Below are positions 17,591 to 27,700 of a stretch of 64,000 nt of DNA, in pieces. The translations under genes were made by a program, and so were the position numbers. The stretch spans positions 1 to 64,000 of the forward strand of contig JBIIPZ010000004.1 in NCBI GenBank assembly GCA_044342325.1, read 5' to 3'. The stretch is from Terrimicrobiaceae bacterium. GTDB taxonomy: Bacteria > Verrucomicrobiota > Verrucomicrobiia > Chthoniobacterales > Terrimicrobiaceae. The first letter of the stretch is position 1. Each line of letters starts with the position of its first letter. The notes below the pieces were generated by a model, which saw only the letters and a program-made list of their open reading frames with translations, was not told where the DNA came from and did not search any database.

Positions 17591-18817
17591 TTAGATGCGT
17601 TCGACTTCGCGTTTCTCGACAAAGGTTGGCAGGCCCTCGCGGGAGAAGCAGTTCATGAGTTCCTCGGGGTCGAGAGCTTCGGGCATCATGACGCCGCGCT
17701 CGGTGATTTTTCCGGTGGCGAGAAGTCGGGCGGTGATGGCGGGCGGTATGCCGGTTTGCACAAGGGTGAGCGAGTATCCGTATTTCTCGTAGGTGTCGCG
17801 GTGGCTGTCCATCGAATACACGAAATACTCCACGCGTTTGCGGTCCTTCGTTCCCCGCACCTCGGTGCCGACACACGAGTAGCCTTCCACCGTCGCCCCG
17901 AGTTGGGCTGGCTTGGGCAGGTGGGCGCTGGCGACGCGCACGGGGGAAACCTCCACGCCATCGACGCGCACTTTTTTCCAGGTGTCGAGGTTCAGTAGTT
18001 GGAGGCTCTTCGAGATGTTCACCACCTTGTCGGGGATGCTGTATTTGAACACCGAGTAGCGGACGCCTTTTTCCACAAACGGGGGGTGGATGCCCAAACT
18101 CACGCCCTCCTCGTGAGCCACGGCGTAGGTTTTTTGAAGTCCGATCGGCTCGGGAAAACGCACCCACTCGACTTCGGTCTCCAGCGGCTTGCCGCTCACG
18201 ACGCGGCCGTCTTTCACATAATAGGGTGGCGCGCCGAGTTCCTCGAAAAATGTCTCCGGCGAGAAAAGCACCGCGAACCGGTATCCGCGCACCTCGGCGT
18301 TGTCGGCATCCAGCACGCGGATGCTTGAGGCGGTATCCAAGCGGTCCATCGCCCAGCGGGCGTAAACATTCACCGCGCCGGGATCCATCCCCATGCAGAG
18401 GATACCAGCGAGGCCGCGGTCGAGGAATGGTTGGTTGAATTTCTCGATTTCGGCCTCGAATGAATTCTTGCCAGGCTTCTTCACGCCTGGAGCCGAGTAG
18501 ATATCCGCCGCCATGTCGATGTAGTGCGATCCAGCCCGCAGGCATGCTTCGAGCACGGAGTAGTTCGTCTGGCATACGCAGGCGTTGCAGGTCACGGCGA
18601 CTTCGTGCTCGCGCATGAGTGCCGCCAGCGCATCGGTGTGCATGGCGTTCGCCTGAACCACCAGAAACCGGCTTTTCGGAGTTTTTGCCGCGAGTTGGTT
18701 CGCAAAAACAGGATCCATATCCGCAAGGATGATCCGCTCGAAACAATCGTATTCGTGAAGTTTTTGGCCGATGACCGAACCCACCCCGCCGATTCCAATG
18801 ACCATTGCGTTTGCCAT
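17591..18817 (-). CDS. Saccharopine dehydrogenase family oxidoreductase
   Basis: GIGGVG Rossmann motif, HYIDMA, GMDPG, HEE. Confidence 0.85.
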   Translation of the reverse strand: MANAMVIGIGGVGSVIGQKLHEYDCFERIILADMDPVFANQLAAKTPKSRFLVVQANAMHTDALAALMREHEVAVTCNACVCQTNYSVLEACLRAGSHYIDMAADIYSAPGVKKPGKNSFEAEIEKFNQPFLDRGLAGILCMGMDPGAVNVYARWAMDRLDTASSIRVLDADNAEVRGYRFAVLFSPETFFEELGAPPYYVKDGRVVSGKPLETEVEWVRFPEPIGLQKTYAVAHEEGVSLGIHPPFVEKGVRYSVFKYSIPDKVVNISKSLQLLNLDTWKKVRVDGVEVSPVRVASAHLPKPAQLGATVEGYSCVGTEVRGTKDRKRVEYFVYSMDSHRDTYEKYGYSLTLVQTGIPPAITARLLATGKITERGVMMPEALDPEELMNCFSREGLPTFVEKREVERI

Positions 18818-18998
18818 AAAAATAAATGTTTAGCGGCGCGTAACCCGCAAACGACAATTCTCCAGAACTGGTCATCGGCGGCACTCGCCGTCATAATGTG
18901 GGACATCGCAGGGTTATCCTGCGTTCAAAATCTTCCTCACAAGCCCAAGTCGCTTGTCGCCGATGCCCTCGTCGGCAGCAGAGCCCATAGGTTCGTTC

Positions 18999-19175
18999 TT
19001 ATAATTGCTTCCAGAGTGTATAAGCCACTCCAGCAATAATTAGTAAAATGAACAGCCCCCGCGCAATCCAAACAGCTTGGCGGTCGATTGGAGATTTTCC
19101 AACAATAGATCGGTCTTCGCGATGTGAGCCCCAGGGAATGAACAAATCAATGAGTAGGTCTAAAAGCCAGTTCAT
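18999..19175 (-). CDS. 58-aa membrane protein in an AT-rich insert (not in ORF track)
   Basis: MNWLLDLLIDLFIPWGSHREDRSIVGKSPIDRQAVWIARGLFILLIIAGVAYTLWKQL*, with a C-terminal TM helix. Confidence 0.55.
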   Translation of the reverse strand: MNWLLDLLIDLFIPWGSHREDRSIVGKSPIDRQAVWIARGLFILLIIAGVAYTLWKQL

Positions 19176-19328
19176 GATAGATTAGTCATCGGCTGCCAGG
19201 AAAAAGAGTCTTTGCCCTAAACACTTCTCTTGATTGGGATGCTCAGCAATCCTCCAAAAATACCCCTGCTAAGATGAACAATGACCGCTTCAAAACACAC
19301 ATTTCGAGGGCCCCAGATTTTCGCGGAA

Positions 19329-19898
19329 TTAATTCCCCAGAAGCGCAGCTTTTAAGTCCTGCTGAACCGGATTTGAGCCGAACCACACGCTCAGAAAGGC
19401 CTTTTGAAAATCGCGGCCCTGTATTGTGCCTTTCAATTTTCCATTATCATAGACTTGAGTCTCTGAGCCTACGAGTTGGATCATTTCCGTTCCGCCTTGG
19501 TTGATTGCGCCGAACATGCCGATAAAGGCTGTCCGATCTTTTTCAATGTCCGGATATGTGTAGGTCATGCTGGCCTGAATTTGGCTCTGCCAAGCATTTA
19601 CAGCCTGAGTCTGACTGACGGATTTCAGAAAAGTGAATGTGAATTGAAGCGGACCCGGCGAGGCCAGCACGGCCTCTTCAGATTTCAATGGGGAGGGGGT
19701 GTAGAAGGCGGCCACATAGGCTTTGATCGGTATGAATGCGATCGTCACGGTGCGAAGACCGGCACCATTCAGTGACAGGGACTGCCCGTTCACGCTGGAT
19801 TGCGGAGGAACTTTTACTCCTTCAATTTCTAGGGGGAAGGCGGATGGCAGAGTGGAAAAAAGAAGAAGGGCAAGGGCGGGGACAATTTTTTGATTCAT
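19329..19898 (-). CDS. Chalcone-isomerase-like fold exported protein
   Basis: Signal peptide; LNGAGLRT, KAYVAAFY, FLSVWFGSNPV..DLKAALLG. Confidence 0.85.
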   Translation of the reverse strand: MNQKIVPALALLLFSTLPSAFPLEIEGVKVPPQSSVNGQSLSLNGAGLRTVTIAFIPIKAYVAAFYTPSPLKSEEAVLASPGPLQFTFTFLKSVSQTQAVNAWQSQIQASMTYTYPDIEKDRTAFIGMFGAINQGGTEMIQLVGSETQVYDNGKLKGTIQGRDFQKAFLSVWFGSNPVQQDLKAALLGN

Positions 19899-19943
19899 AA
19901 ACAATGTGCTGCTAGTTTGGATTTCCAGCAGGGTCAATCACAC

Positions 19944-19986
19944 AAAAAACCGCGCTCTAGCAGCATTGAAGCTCAGAGCGCGGTTT
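19944..19986 (-). terminator. Intrinsic terminator after the porin gene
   Basis: AAACCGCGCTCT/AGAGCGCGGTTT stem followed by a T6 tract on the - strand. Confidence 0.65.
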
Positions 19987-20004
19987 GAATGGAATCGCGT
20001 GCTA

Positions 20005-21534
20005 TTAAAACACGATGCCGGTCAGGAATCCGAGGACTGTGGCATTCGCGGCTTCCTGGCTTCCGTTAGGGCGAGCGAAGTATTGGACGAAGGGCTGCAC
20101 ATAGGACCAGCCGTTGATTTGAAAGCGGTATCCCCCCTCAAGCACTGCGGTGTAGGACTTGGATGGCGAGTAGACATCGCCTTGATACGCGCCGTAGGCG
20201 AGCGAGACCATCGTGAGATCTTTGTCGCGGGATGGAATGAGCCCTGTGTAGACCAATCCGCTCTGGAAGTAGAATGGGAACTGGTTGGCTGTCGCGTAGC
20301 CAGGCGCCATCGAGATCAGGTTAAATGTGTGGAGCCCTTGCTTGGAGAGGGATGCCTTCTCGACAGGAGCGACTTCTTTGAAGCTTTTTCCATCCGAGGC
20401 GGCCTGCGACTTGGCGGGAGCGGGCTCGTTTGAAGGTTCACGGTAGAGCATCTGGTCGGCTTGGAAGTAAAATCCATAGCGTCCCGGAGCCTCGGTGCCG
20501 TTCCAGCTTTTGGTCTGGCCCTCGGGCGTTCCATAAAAGTAGCCGCCAAAAGCGTAGCGACCTTCGAGTTTTGATTCCCCGATCTTGGGGGTATATCCCG
20601 CTTCGCCCATGTAAAAGAGGCCGTTGAGAGCGGTGTTGGGGCCATAGCCTTGGTAGGCCAAGCCATGGTTGGTGGAGGCGGTCGCCTGCGGATAGGACAT
20701 GAACAATCCGTTTTTAACATAGACTGTGTCATGCAGCTTCACATTGAGCGTGCCGCCCCATGTTGAGAAACTGGAGCCGAAGGGAATGTTGCCGCCGATG
20801 CCTTTGGCGCTGTTCACGGCATTGTTCAGGAAGAGTTTTGATAGCGGTTGGTCCACAAACTCCTTCTGGGGTTGCAGCCAGCCGGCTCGCAGCACCACCA
20901 TGTCTTTGATCGCGAGAAGCTCGCTGGTTCCGGCCTCAAGACCGAAACTCATGACGCGAAATTGCGTGCCGGATTGCCAGTTCGTCGGGGCGAACATGGA
21001 ATTCGCCTCCACGAATTGGTTGGCGTTCGATTCGGGAAACGCATCGCGGTAGCGGAAGTTTCCGAATACGAGGAGGCCCTTGAGAGCATCGGCGTCGAGG
21101 AGTTTTCCAAAGTTCAGTTCGGAGCCAAAATTGATTTGTTCATCCCAGAATCCGCGCGAGCCATTCTGGCTATCCACGACCCCGAAGAACGCACCTTGGT
21201 AGCTTCCGCTGAAGGTCAGTCCGCGATCCGCGAGCGAGGAGCGGGCGTCGAAAACGGGATTCCCGCTGCCGGCGAGGAGGCCTTTTCCGTTCCACCATTT
21301 TTCCGTGGCGCTTTCGCCTTTGAACTCAGCGGGCGCGGAGCGGCGTCCCGACATGGTGCCGGTCGTTCCCGAGAGAACTTGTCCGGAGTTGACTTCAACC
21401 GGCCCTCTGGGCAGTGGGCGCGTGGGTTCGGATGCTTGGGCTTGGCTTGTGACGGGGAGGAATCCGGTCAACGAGGCAGCAACGACTAGTATGGAAGAAG
21501 CGGTAAAACGCCTCAAGGATTGGTGTTTTTTCAT
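20005..21534 (-). CDS. OprB-family carbohydrate-selective porin
   Basis: Signal peptide; RGLTFSGSY, ADQMLYRE, YTGLIPSRDKD, E..YRFQIN...QPFVQY..RPNG; terminal Phe. Confidence 0.85.
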   Translation of the reverse strand: MKKHQSLRRFTASSILVVAASLTGFLPVTSQAQASEPTRPLPRGPVEVNSGQVLSGTTGTMSGRRSAPAEFKGESATEKWWNGKGLLAGSGNPVFDARSSLADRGLTFSGSYQGAFFGVVDSQNGSRGFWDEQINFGSELNFGKLLDADALKGLLVFGNFRYRDAFPESNANQFVEANSMFAPTNWQSGTQFRVMSFGLEAGTSELLAIKDMVVLRAGWLQPQKEFVDQPLSKLFLNNAVNSAKGIGGNIPFGSSFSTWGGTLNVKLHDTVYVKNGLFMSYPQATASTNHGLAYQGYGPNTALNGLFYMGEAGYTPKIGESKLEGRYAFGGYFYGTPEGQTKSWNGTEAPGRYGFYFQADQMLYREPSNEPAPAKSQAASDGKSFKEVAPVEKASLSKQGLHTFNLISMAPGYATANQFPFYFQSGLVYTGLIPSRDKDLTMVSLAYGAYQGDVYSPSKSYTAVLEGGYRFQINGWSYVQPFVQYFARPNGSQEAANATVLGFLTGIVF

Positions 21535-21592
21535 TTTTTGGTGTGAGAGGGAATCATCGAACTAAACCGGCGATAAACAACGCAACAGGAGA

Positions 21593-21614
21593 AATGTTAC
21601 AATTTCGTAACATT
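21593..21614. promoter_or_regulatory. Palindromic operator upstream of the porin
   Basis: Perfect AATGTTAC-N6-GTAACATT about 60 bp upstream of the porin ATG. Confidence 0.55.
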
Positions 21615-21645
21615 CGCTCTCAATCTCTCGGATCAATGAAAAGAC

Positions 21646-22566
21646 CTACTTCTGAATGAAGACATCCATCTGCTGTCCGACATAGACGGGGAAGTCGGGG
21701 TTTTTGAAACGGAAAATGATCTGGAGCACCCGGGTATCCACGCGCTCGGTGCTTTCACCGGAGAGGGATTTTTTAGGAAGGATGTAGGGCTCGATGCGGA
21801 CGAATTCGAGCGGGACGGATTGTCCGCGCGAGCCTTTGAGGAAGGCGACGCCGGTGCAGCCTTCGCGGATGGCCGGCGCGTCGGATTCATCAACATCGAC
21901 GCGCAGTTGGAGCTGCGAGACATCGCCGAGCAGGATGGCTGGCTCGGCGGCGTTGACCATTATGTATTCGCCGGGACGGATATTGACTTGGAGCACGGTG
22001 CCGTCGCGCGGTGCGCGGATTGTGAGTAGGTCGAGGCGCACGCGGGCATCGGCGAGGCGGGCGCGGGCTAGGTCGAGGTCTGCAAGTGCGCTTTGCAACT
22101 GGCGATCGGCGGCCTGCCAGGCGAAGAGATTGCGCTTGGTCTCGTCTTCGCTGGAGACATTTTTTTCCCGCAGGCGAGTTGAGCGGTCGAGCTGATCCTT
22201 GCGGTCGGCGAGGATGGTTTTCGATGTGTCGACTTGGGCCTCGAGAACGGCGACCTGGGCTTCCTGGACCGTCACCGCCGAGCGGGCGTCCCGGTCATCC
22301 ATCGTAAAGAGGACAGCGCCTTGGGAAACCTTGGAGCCGACTTTCACGGCGACATTCTGGATCAGTCCCGAGGTGGCCGGCGCGATGCGGACATTTTCAT
22401 TCACGCTCTCGACGAGCCCGCGTCCGCCGATGGAATCGGAGTAGGGCGATTGAGGGGGAGGGATCAAGGGCTGGGACTCCGGGCCGCTCTGGCGAAGGCG
22501 CAGCACGAGGAGCGTCACGGCGATGATTCCGGCGAGGGCTATGTAGAAGGAAAGGCGCTTAGTCAT
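21646..22566 (-). CDS. HlyD-family periplasmic adaptor (DevB-like)
   Basis: N-terminal TM, lipoyl halves, coiled coil, IRAPRDGTVL, ERVDTRVLQ. Confidence 0.88.
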   Translation of the reverse strand: MTKRLSFYIALAGIIAVTLLVLRLRQSGPESQPLIPPPQSPYSDSIGGRGLVESVNENVRIAPATSGLIQNVAVKVGSKVSQGAVLFTMDDRDARSAVTVQEAQVAVLEAQVDTSKTILADRKDQLDRSTRLREKNVSSEDETKRNLFAWQAADRQLQSALADLDLARARLADARVRLDLLTIRAPRDGTVLQVNIRPGEYIMVNAAEPAILLGDVSQLQLRVDVDESDAPAIREGCTGVAFLKGSRGQSVPLEFVRIEPYILPKKSLSGESTERVDTRVLQIIFRFKNPDFPVYVGQQMDVFIQK

Positions 22567-23278
22567 GCTGGAGTTGGGTGTGGTCGTCGAAATGGCCGAT
22601 CACATGTCCATCGTCCATCTGAACTATGCGGTCGGCAAATGGATAAATGCGGCTGTCGTGTGTGACAATGATAACGCAACGGTCGGGTTTCAGTGCGCTG
22701 GCTTTGAGGAGTTCGAGCGTCTTGTGTCCACTCACGGAGTCGAGCGCGGCGGTGGGCTCGTCGCAGATGATCAAGCGCGGCTCGTGAACAAGCGCGCGGG
22801 AAATCGCGACGCGCTGCTGCTGTCCACCGGAGAGTTGGTTCGGATAGGATTTGAATTTGTCACCCAATCCGACCTGCTCGAGGACGGAGCGGGCTTTTTT
22901 CTCGGCCTCGGCAGTTGGCCTGCCCTGCAGGATGAGCGGAATCGAAACATTCTCCACCGCTGTGAGTGTGGGGATGAGATTGAACTGCTGGAAAATGAAG
23001 CCGATGTTCTCCCGGCGGAAGCTGGTTATTTCGCCGTTCCTCATTTTTCCAAGGTCTTTGTCGAAGACTGTGATCCGGCCCTCGTCGAATTTGAGGGTTC
23101 CACAGATCACGCTCAGGAGCGTGGTTTTCCCACAGCCCGAGGGGCCGACAATCATGAGAATCTCGCCGAAGCGTGCTTCGAGACTGGCTCCCTTCAAGGC
23201 AAAAACGCGCGAGTCGCCGCCACTGAAGGTTTTCACCACATTCTCGACCCGGACGGCGATTTTTGGTGTTTCGCTCAT
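22559..23278 (-). CDS. ABC transporter ATP-binding protein (LolD/DevA-like)
   Basis: GPSGCGKTT, LSGGQQQRVAI, CDEPT; start MSETPK overlaps the permease stop. Confidence 0.92.
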   Translation of the reverse strand: MSETPKIAVRVENVVKTFSGGDSRVFALKGASLEARFGEILMIVGPSGCGKTTLLSVICGTLKFDEGRITVFDKDLGKMRNGEITSFRRENIGFIFQQFNLIPTLTAVENVSIPLILQGRPTAEAEKKARSVLEQVGLGDKFKSYPNQLSGGQQQRVAISRALVHEPRLIICDEPTAALDSVSGHKTLELLKASALKPDRCVIIVTHDSRIYPFADRIVQMDDGHVIGHFDDHTQLQHD

Positions 23279-24408
23279 CGGAAGACGACTGCCGGTTCGA
23301 GACGCATCACTTTTGCGAGGCCGATGAGGGCAGAGAAGGAGCAGATGAAAAGAATCACGCACGCGACAAATGCCGGCACCTGCCAAGGCATGAAGAAGGG
23401 CGGGGCCTCTTTCGCGAGAACCGTGTTTCCAAACCACGCCGCCAGACCCACGCCGATTCCATAGCCGATGAATCCCACGGAAAAAGCCTGTGCCAGCACC
23501 ATGCCGGCGAGCGTTGTGTTGCGCGCGCCCATGGCTTTGAAGGCGGCCAGAAAGCGCAGATTGTCGTGGACGAAAAGGTAGAATGTCTGCCCTGCTATCG
23601 CTATGCCGACGATGAGGCCGAGGATCACCACCGTGCCAAAGGAAATGGGGATACCCGTGTTTTTGATATACCAGCGGATTGTCATCCAGAAGAGGTCGTC
23701 GCGTTCGATCGCCCGCACGCCATCGAGCTTGTCGATGCGAGCCGCGAGTTCCCGGTCGGTCACGCCTGGCATCGGCGCGGCCAGCACATAGCTGAGCTGT
23801 TTACGCGAGGGTTTCGCGTATTGCAGAGCCCTGTCATAAGTTGTGTAGATGTATGGTTGCCCAAGGAAACTCCGGCTTACTCGGCAAATGCCAACGACAC
23901 GGGCGGCTTTGTCATTAATCTCAAATGTCGTCCCAAGCTCGATCTTGATGCCCTTGCGGCGGAATTTTTCCACCGCGACCTGATCGACCACTACCGAGTC
24001 GGGCAACCTCAAATCCTCGATGCGGCCAGCCGTCATATTCATCGGCCTTCCGGTCAGCGTGCCTGTATCCAGGCCGACGACCTGCACATTTTGAAAAGAT
24101 CCATCGCCGAGACGCGCCTGCTCGATGCCGATGTAGAGAGGCACGGCCCACGCCACGCCTTTCACGCTCCGCACGCGATCGACCTCGATCTGCCGCATCG
24201 GAATGACCTCGTTCGCTTGCTCGACTGTTGCATCCACCACCCACACCGGCGCTCCGATGTTTCGCACCGTCGCCGTCGTCCACATCATCAGTCCGCAAAA
24301 AACTGAAGACTGTTGGCACATAAGCAGCGAGCAAAAGGCGAGGCCGCAAACGAGCATCGCGTATTTCGCCCGGTCGCGAAACAGCATCTTGAGCGCGATA
24401 TTCAGCAT
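23275..24408 (-). CDS. ABC transporter permease (MacB/FtsX type, DevC-like)
   Basis: IALKMLFRDRAKY, large periplasmic loop, FKAMGA, LEPAVVFR. Confidence 0.9.
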   Translation of the reverse strand: MLNIALKMLFRDRAKYAMLVCGLAFCSLLMCQQSSVFCGLMMWTTATVRNIGAPVWVVDATVEQANEVIPMRQIEVDRVRSVKGVAWAVPLYIGIEQARLGDGSFQNVQVVGLDTGTLTGRPMNMTAGRIEDLRLPDSVVVDQVAVEKFRRKGIKIELGTTFEINDKAARVVGICRVSRSFLGQPYIYTTYDRALQYAKPSRKQLSYVLAAPMPGVTDRELAARIDKLDGVRAIERDDLFWMTIRWYIKNTGIPISFGTVVILGLIVGIAIAGQTFYLFVHDNLRFLAAFKAMGARNTTLAGMVLAQAFSVGFIGYGIGVGLAAWFGNTVLAKEAPPFFMPWQVPAFVACVILFICSFSALIGLAKVMRLEPAVVFR

Positions 24409-24431
24409 CGCAGCAGAGGGGCACTACACAC

Positions 24432-25121
24432 TTAGCGGCGCGACCCCATGAAGAGACGCAGCACATACCAGAACATCATCGCCACAGCGGCGAAGAGCTG
24501 GATGGCAGCCGAGAGATCTGCATTCTCGGGGTAGTCTCGCATGATCGATGAGGTCGTGTAGAGGATCGATGCCCCGGCCAGCGCGACCATTCCCACCGAA
24601 AACCAAGTGCCGAGGTTGAATTGGAAAAACACAGCGCACACGATCGCCGCCAAGCCGAGTAATCCACCCCAGATGATGAATGTTCGCAGGAACGAAAAAT
24701 CTTTCCGGGTTGTAACCACGACCGCCGTCATAAGAAAAAAACCGCCCAGCGTGGCCTGCGCCGCGCTGGCAATGACTCCCGGTGCGGTCTGGTTGGCAAT
24801 ATCAAGAAGAGGCACCGTAATGACGGCCTGCAGAAAAACATAGAGCACCAGTCCGAGATATTGCAGCGGCCGTGAGATCGCGGGATTCGCCAGAAAAGTC
24901 GCCAACCAGGAAAGCACCATGAAACCGCCAAGCACAATCAGCCACGACACGCTATCGAAAGCCTGCACAATCGTATTTGCGATCCCAGTCTGGAAAAACC
25001 AGACCTCGATCCCCACAAAAAGGGCAATCGCCAAAGCCAGATGGCTGTATGTGCGAACAAGAAAAGCCCCGCGAGCCTCCGCCGGAAGTTCACTGACAGG
25101 CATTGTGGTGGGTGAGTTCAT
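24432..25121 (-). CDS. Bax inhibitor-1/YccA family membrane protein
   Basis: FLVRTYSHL, TRKDFSFLR, seven TM helices. Confidence 0.85.
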   Translation of the reverse strand: MNSPTTMPVSELPAEARGAFLVRTYSHLALAIALFVGIEVWFFQTGIANTIVQAFDSVSWLIVLGGFMVLSWLATFLANPAISRPLQYLGLVLYVFLQAVITVPLLDIANQTAPGVIASAAQATLGGFFLMTAVVVTTRKDFSFLRTFIIWGGLLGLAAIVCAVFFQFNLGTWFSVGMVALAGASILYTTSSIMRDYPENADLSAAIQLFAAVAMMFWYVLRLFMGSRR

Positions 25122-25182
25122 AAGCAATTTGGTTTGTTTGTCGTATAGCCCCCTTGTGCGGAAAAGCAACCCCGAGGCACAC

Positions 25183-26475
25183 CTATGCCCCGAAGACCAG
25201 GCGGCAGATAATGATAGAAGCGGCGACGCCGAAGAGGTCTGCGACGAGGCCAGCGGGGACGGCGTGGCGCGTGCGGCGGATGGCCACGGAGCCGAAGTAA
25301 ACGGCGAGGACATAGAATGTGGTCTCGCTGCTGCCGAGCACGGTGGCGCCCATGCGGGTGATGAGGCTGTCCGGGCCGTGGGCTTGGACAAGCTCGGCGA
25401 AAAGACCATTCGCTCCGCTGCCACTCAGGGGGCGTATGAGGACGAGCGGGAGGAGTTCGGTCGGGAACTGCACCGCATTCAAAGCAGGGCCGATGAATCG
25501 CGTGATGACATCGATACCGCCTGCTGCGCGGAACATGGCCACGGAGGAGATGATGGCCACGAGATAAGGAATGATGCGGATTGCGACCTGAAACCCTTCT
25601 TTGGCACCCTCCACGAATTCTTCATACACCTTCACGCCGCTGAGTGAGCCGTAGAGTGGAAAGAAGGCGAGTAGGAAGGGAATCGCGAGGTAGGAGACGG
25701 CATCCACAAGATTCACCAAAGGGCCGCGTGTCGCACCTTGGGCTTGGATGAATTGCCAGCCAAAAATCAGGAAGCATCCTGCAAATGCCAGAAGGATGAG
25801 AGTTCCCCACCATTTTGGTTTCTGGAATGACTCGGCATTTTCAATCGACTCCGATTCCGTCGCCGCCGTCGTGTCCTCGACTTTTGGCAGGGCATACATG
25901 GGCAGCCGCTCGAAAAATTTCACGGCAAGGATGGCGGCAATGGTCGAGCAGCAGGTGGCAAAGAATGTGGTTCCGATGATGGCTGTGGGGCTTACTGATC
26001 CAGCTGCAGCCAAGATCGCCACCGTGGTGGCTGGTATGAGTTGAATCGAACTCGTGTTGATCGCCAAAAATGTGCACATGGCATTCGTGGCTGTGCCGGG
26101 GCGGGGGTTCAGCCTTTCAAGGTCCTGCATGGCGCGCAGGCCGAGCGGGGTTGCCGCATTGCTGAGACCCAGCATGTTGGCGGCCATGTTCATGACCATG
26201 GATCCCATGGCAGGGTGGTTCGAAGGAACATCAGGAAAAATCCGGCACAGGATGGGGCGGAGAGCGCGGGCGAGGAGATTCACCAAGCCTGATTTCTCGG
26301 CGATTTTCATCAAGCCGAGCCAGAGGGCCATGACTCCGGCAAGTGGCAGGGCAAGAGTCATCACCGCCGTCTTGCAGGCTTCAAATGCGGCGGCTGTTAC
26401 CTCCTGCAGCTTCCCCTCAAAGCCCCCAAGCAGCATCGCCAGCAAAATCAAGCCCAGCCAGATGTAATTCAGCAT
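25183..26475 (-). CDS. SpmA/SpmB fusion (nucleoside-recognition gate domain) membrane protein
   Basis: MLNYIW, ANMLGLSNAATPLG, FVEGAKEG, RPLSGSG, GSSETTFYV. Confidence 0.9.
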   Translation of the reverse strand: MLNYIWLGLILLAMLLGGFEGKLQEVTAAAFEACKTAVMTLALPLAGVMALWLGLMKIAEKSGLVNLLARALRPILCRIFPDVPSNHPAMGSMVMNMAANMLGLSNAATPLGLRAMQDLERLNPRPGTATNAMCTFLAINTSSIQLIPATTVAILAAAGSVSPTAIIGTTFFATCCSTIAAILAVKFFERLPMYALPKVEDTTAATESESIENAESFQKPKWWGTLILLAFAGCFLIFGWQFIQAQGATRGPLVNLVDAVSYLAIPFLLAFFPLYGSLSGVKVYEEFVEGAKEGFQVAIRIIPYLVAIISSVAMFRAAGGIDVITRFIGPALNAVQFPTELLPLVLIRPLSGSGANGLFAELVQAHGPDSLITRMGATVLGSSETTFYVLAVYFGSVAIRRTRHAVPAGLVADLFGVAASIIICRLVFGA

Positions 26476-26618
26476 TTCCCGCAGGTTGCCTTAAACAGAG
26501 GCTCGCAGGAAAGGGGGAAAATTCTCCGCTTGGAATTGCCATCCAGATAGGCCCCCAGCAGGGAGCTCGCGAACCAAAAATTTGGACGATCGTCCAAATT
26601 TTTGGTTCGACCGGAAGA

Positions 26619-27152
26619 TCAAACCCATCCGAGCCAGCCGATGAAAGCGGCGCCGCCGACGATGAGGATGGGGTTGGTTTTTGTGGTGGCGCAGAGGACT
26701 GTGCAAGCGCCGGTGAGAAGCCAGGCGCGCCAGTCGTGATCGGCGGATTTGCTCATCACCCAACCGCTGGCGAGGACGAGTCCGACGGTGAGGGGCGCGA
26801 AGCCGCGCTCGATGGCGGAGCGGAGGGGGGAATCCGCTGAGCGGCTCCAGAGGCGGCTCACAAGATACACGAGGATGCCTGCCGGCAGGATCATGGCCAC
26901 GGTTGCCAGGACGGCTCCGGTGATGCCTGCCGCTTTGTAGCCGATGAGTGTGACGAGCAGAATGCTGGGACCAGGGGCGGCTTGCGAGATCGCGAAGAGG
27001 TCGGCGAATTGTTTTCCGTTCATCCAGGAATAGGCATCCACCGCCTTGCGGTGCATTTCCGGTATGACGGTATTGCCGCCGCCGATGGAAAGAAGCGACA
27101 GCGAGCTGAAGAGGATCAGCACATGGATGAGGTTCAGGCCTTCGTCTTTCAT
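26619..27152 (-). CDS. chrA: Short-chain chromate transporter (CHR) subunit
   Basis: SIGGG, SQAAPGP; start MKDEGL overlaps the upstream stop. Confidence 0.85.
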   Translation of the reverse strand: MKDEGLNLIHVLILFSSLSLLSIGGGNTVIPEMHRKAVDAYSWMNGKQFADLFAISQAAPGPSILLVTLIGYKAAGITGAVLATVAMILPAGILVYLVSRLWSRSADSPLRSAIERGFAPLTVGLVLASGWVMSKSADHDWRAWLLTGACTVLCATTKTNPILIVGGAAFIGWLGWV

Positions 27153-27700
27153 TTGACCTTGGGCCAGGCCCAGAGGAGGGCGAGCGGTGCGGTGAGTGCG
27201 AGGACGCCGAAGAGCGGCCAGCGCAGGATGCCGTTCAGGAAAAATGTGGCCGCGAAAAGAATCCAGGGAACGGCGCTGAGGAGGCACTTGCGTCCTGTTT
27301 TGAAGGCCATCGAGAGGGTGAGCGCGATCGCTCCGGCTGCCGCGCCTTTCAATGCGTTCTGGAGTGCTGGCTCATGGCTGTATTGGAAATAGGCGGCTCC
27401 GAGCAGGAGGATCAGAACGGCCGGCAAAAATGTGAGACCGAAGACAGCGGCGATGGCGCCTGGCATACCGAGGAATTTTGCTCCGACAAAAATGGCGACA
27501 TTAACCTGATTCGCCCCCGGCAGAATCCGGCACATCGTGAGGATGCTCAAAAACTCCTCTTCGCTCATCCATTTCTTCTCCACGACCACAACCTCTCGAG
27601 ACCAGGCCGAGAGCCCACCGCCGAAGGAGGCCAGCGAGATGTGGTTGAAAGTGAGCGCCAACTCCGTAAGCGAGGGGCGCGCCTTTGCAGCGTCACTCAT
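27149..27700 (-). CDS. chrA: Short-chain chromate transporter (CHR) subunit
   Basis: SFGGG, KKWMSEEEF, LPGAN. Confidence 0.85.
   Translation of the reverse strand: MSDAAKARPSLTELALTFNHISLASFGGGLSAWSREVVVVEKKWMSEEEFLSILTMCRILPGANQVNVAIFVGAKFLGMPGAIAAVFGLTFLPAVLILLLGAAYFQYSHEPALQNALKGAAAGAIALTLSMAFKTGRKCLLSAVPWILFAATFFLNGILRWPLFGVLALTAPLALLWAWPKVK

Noticed and set aside
17508..18884. 458-aa alternative-frame ORF
   Set aside because: Arg/Pro-rich off-frame overlap of the saccharopine-dehydrogenase-like gene.
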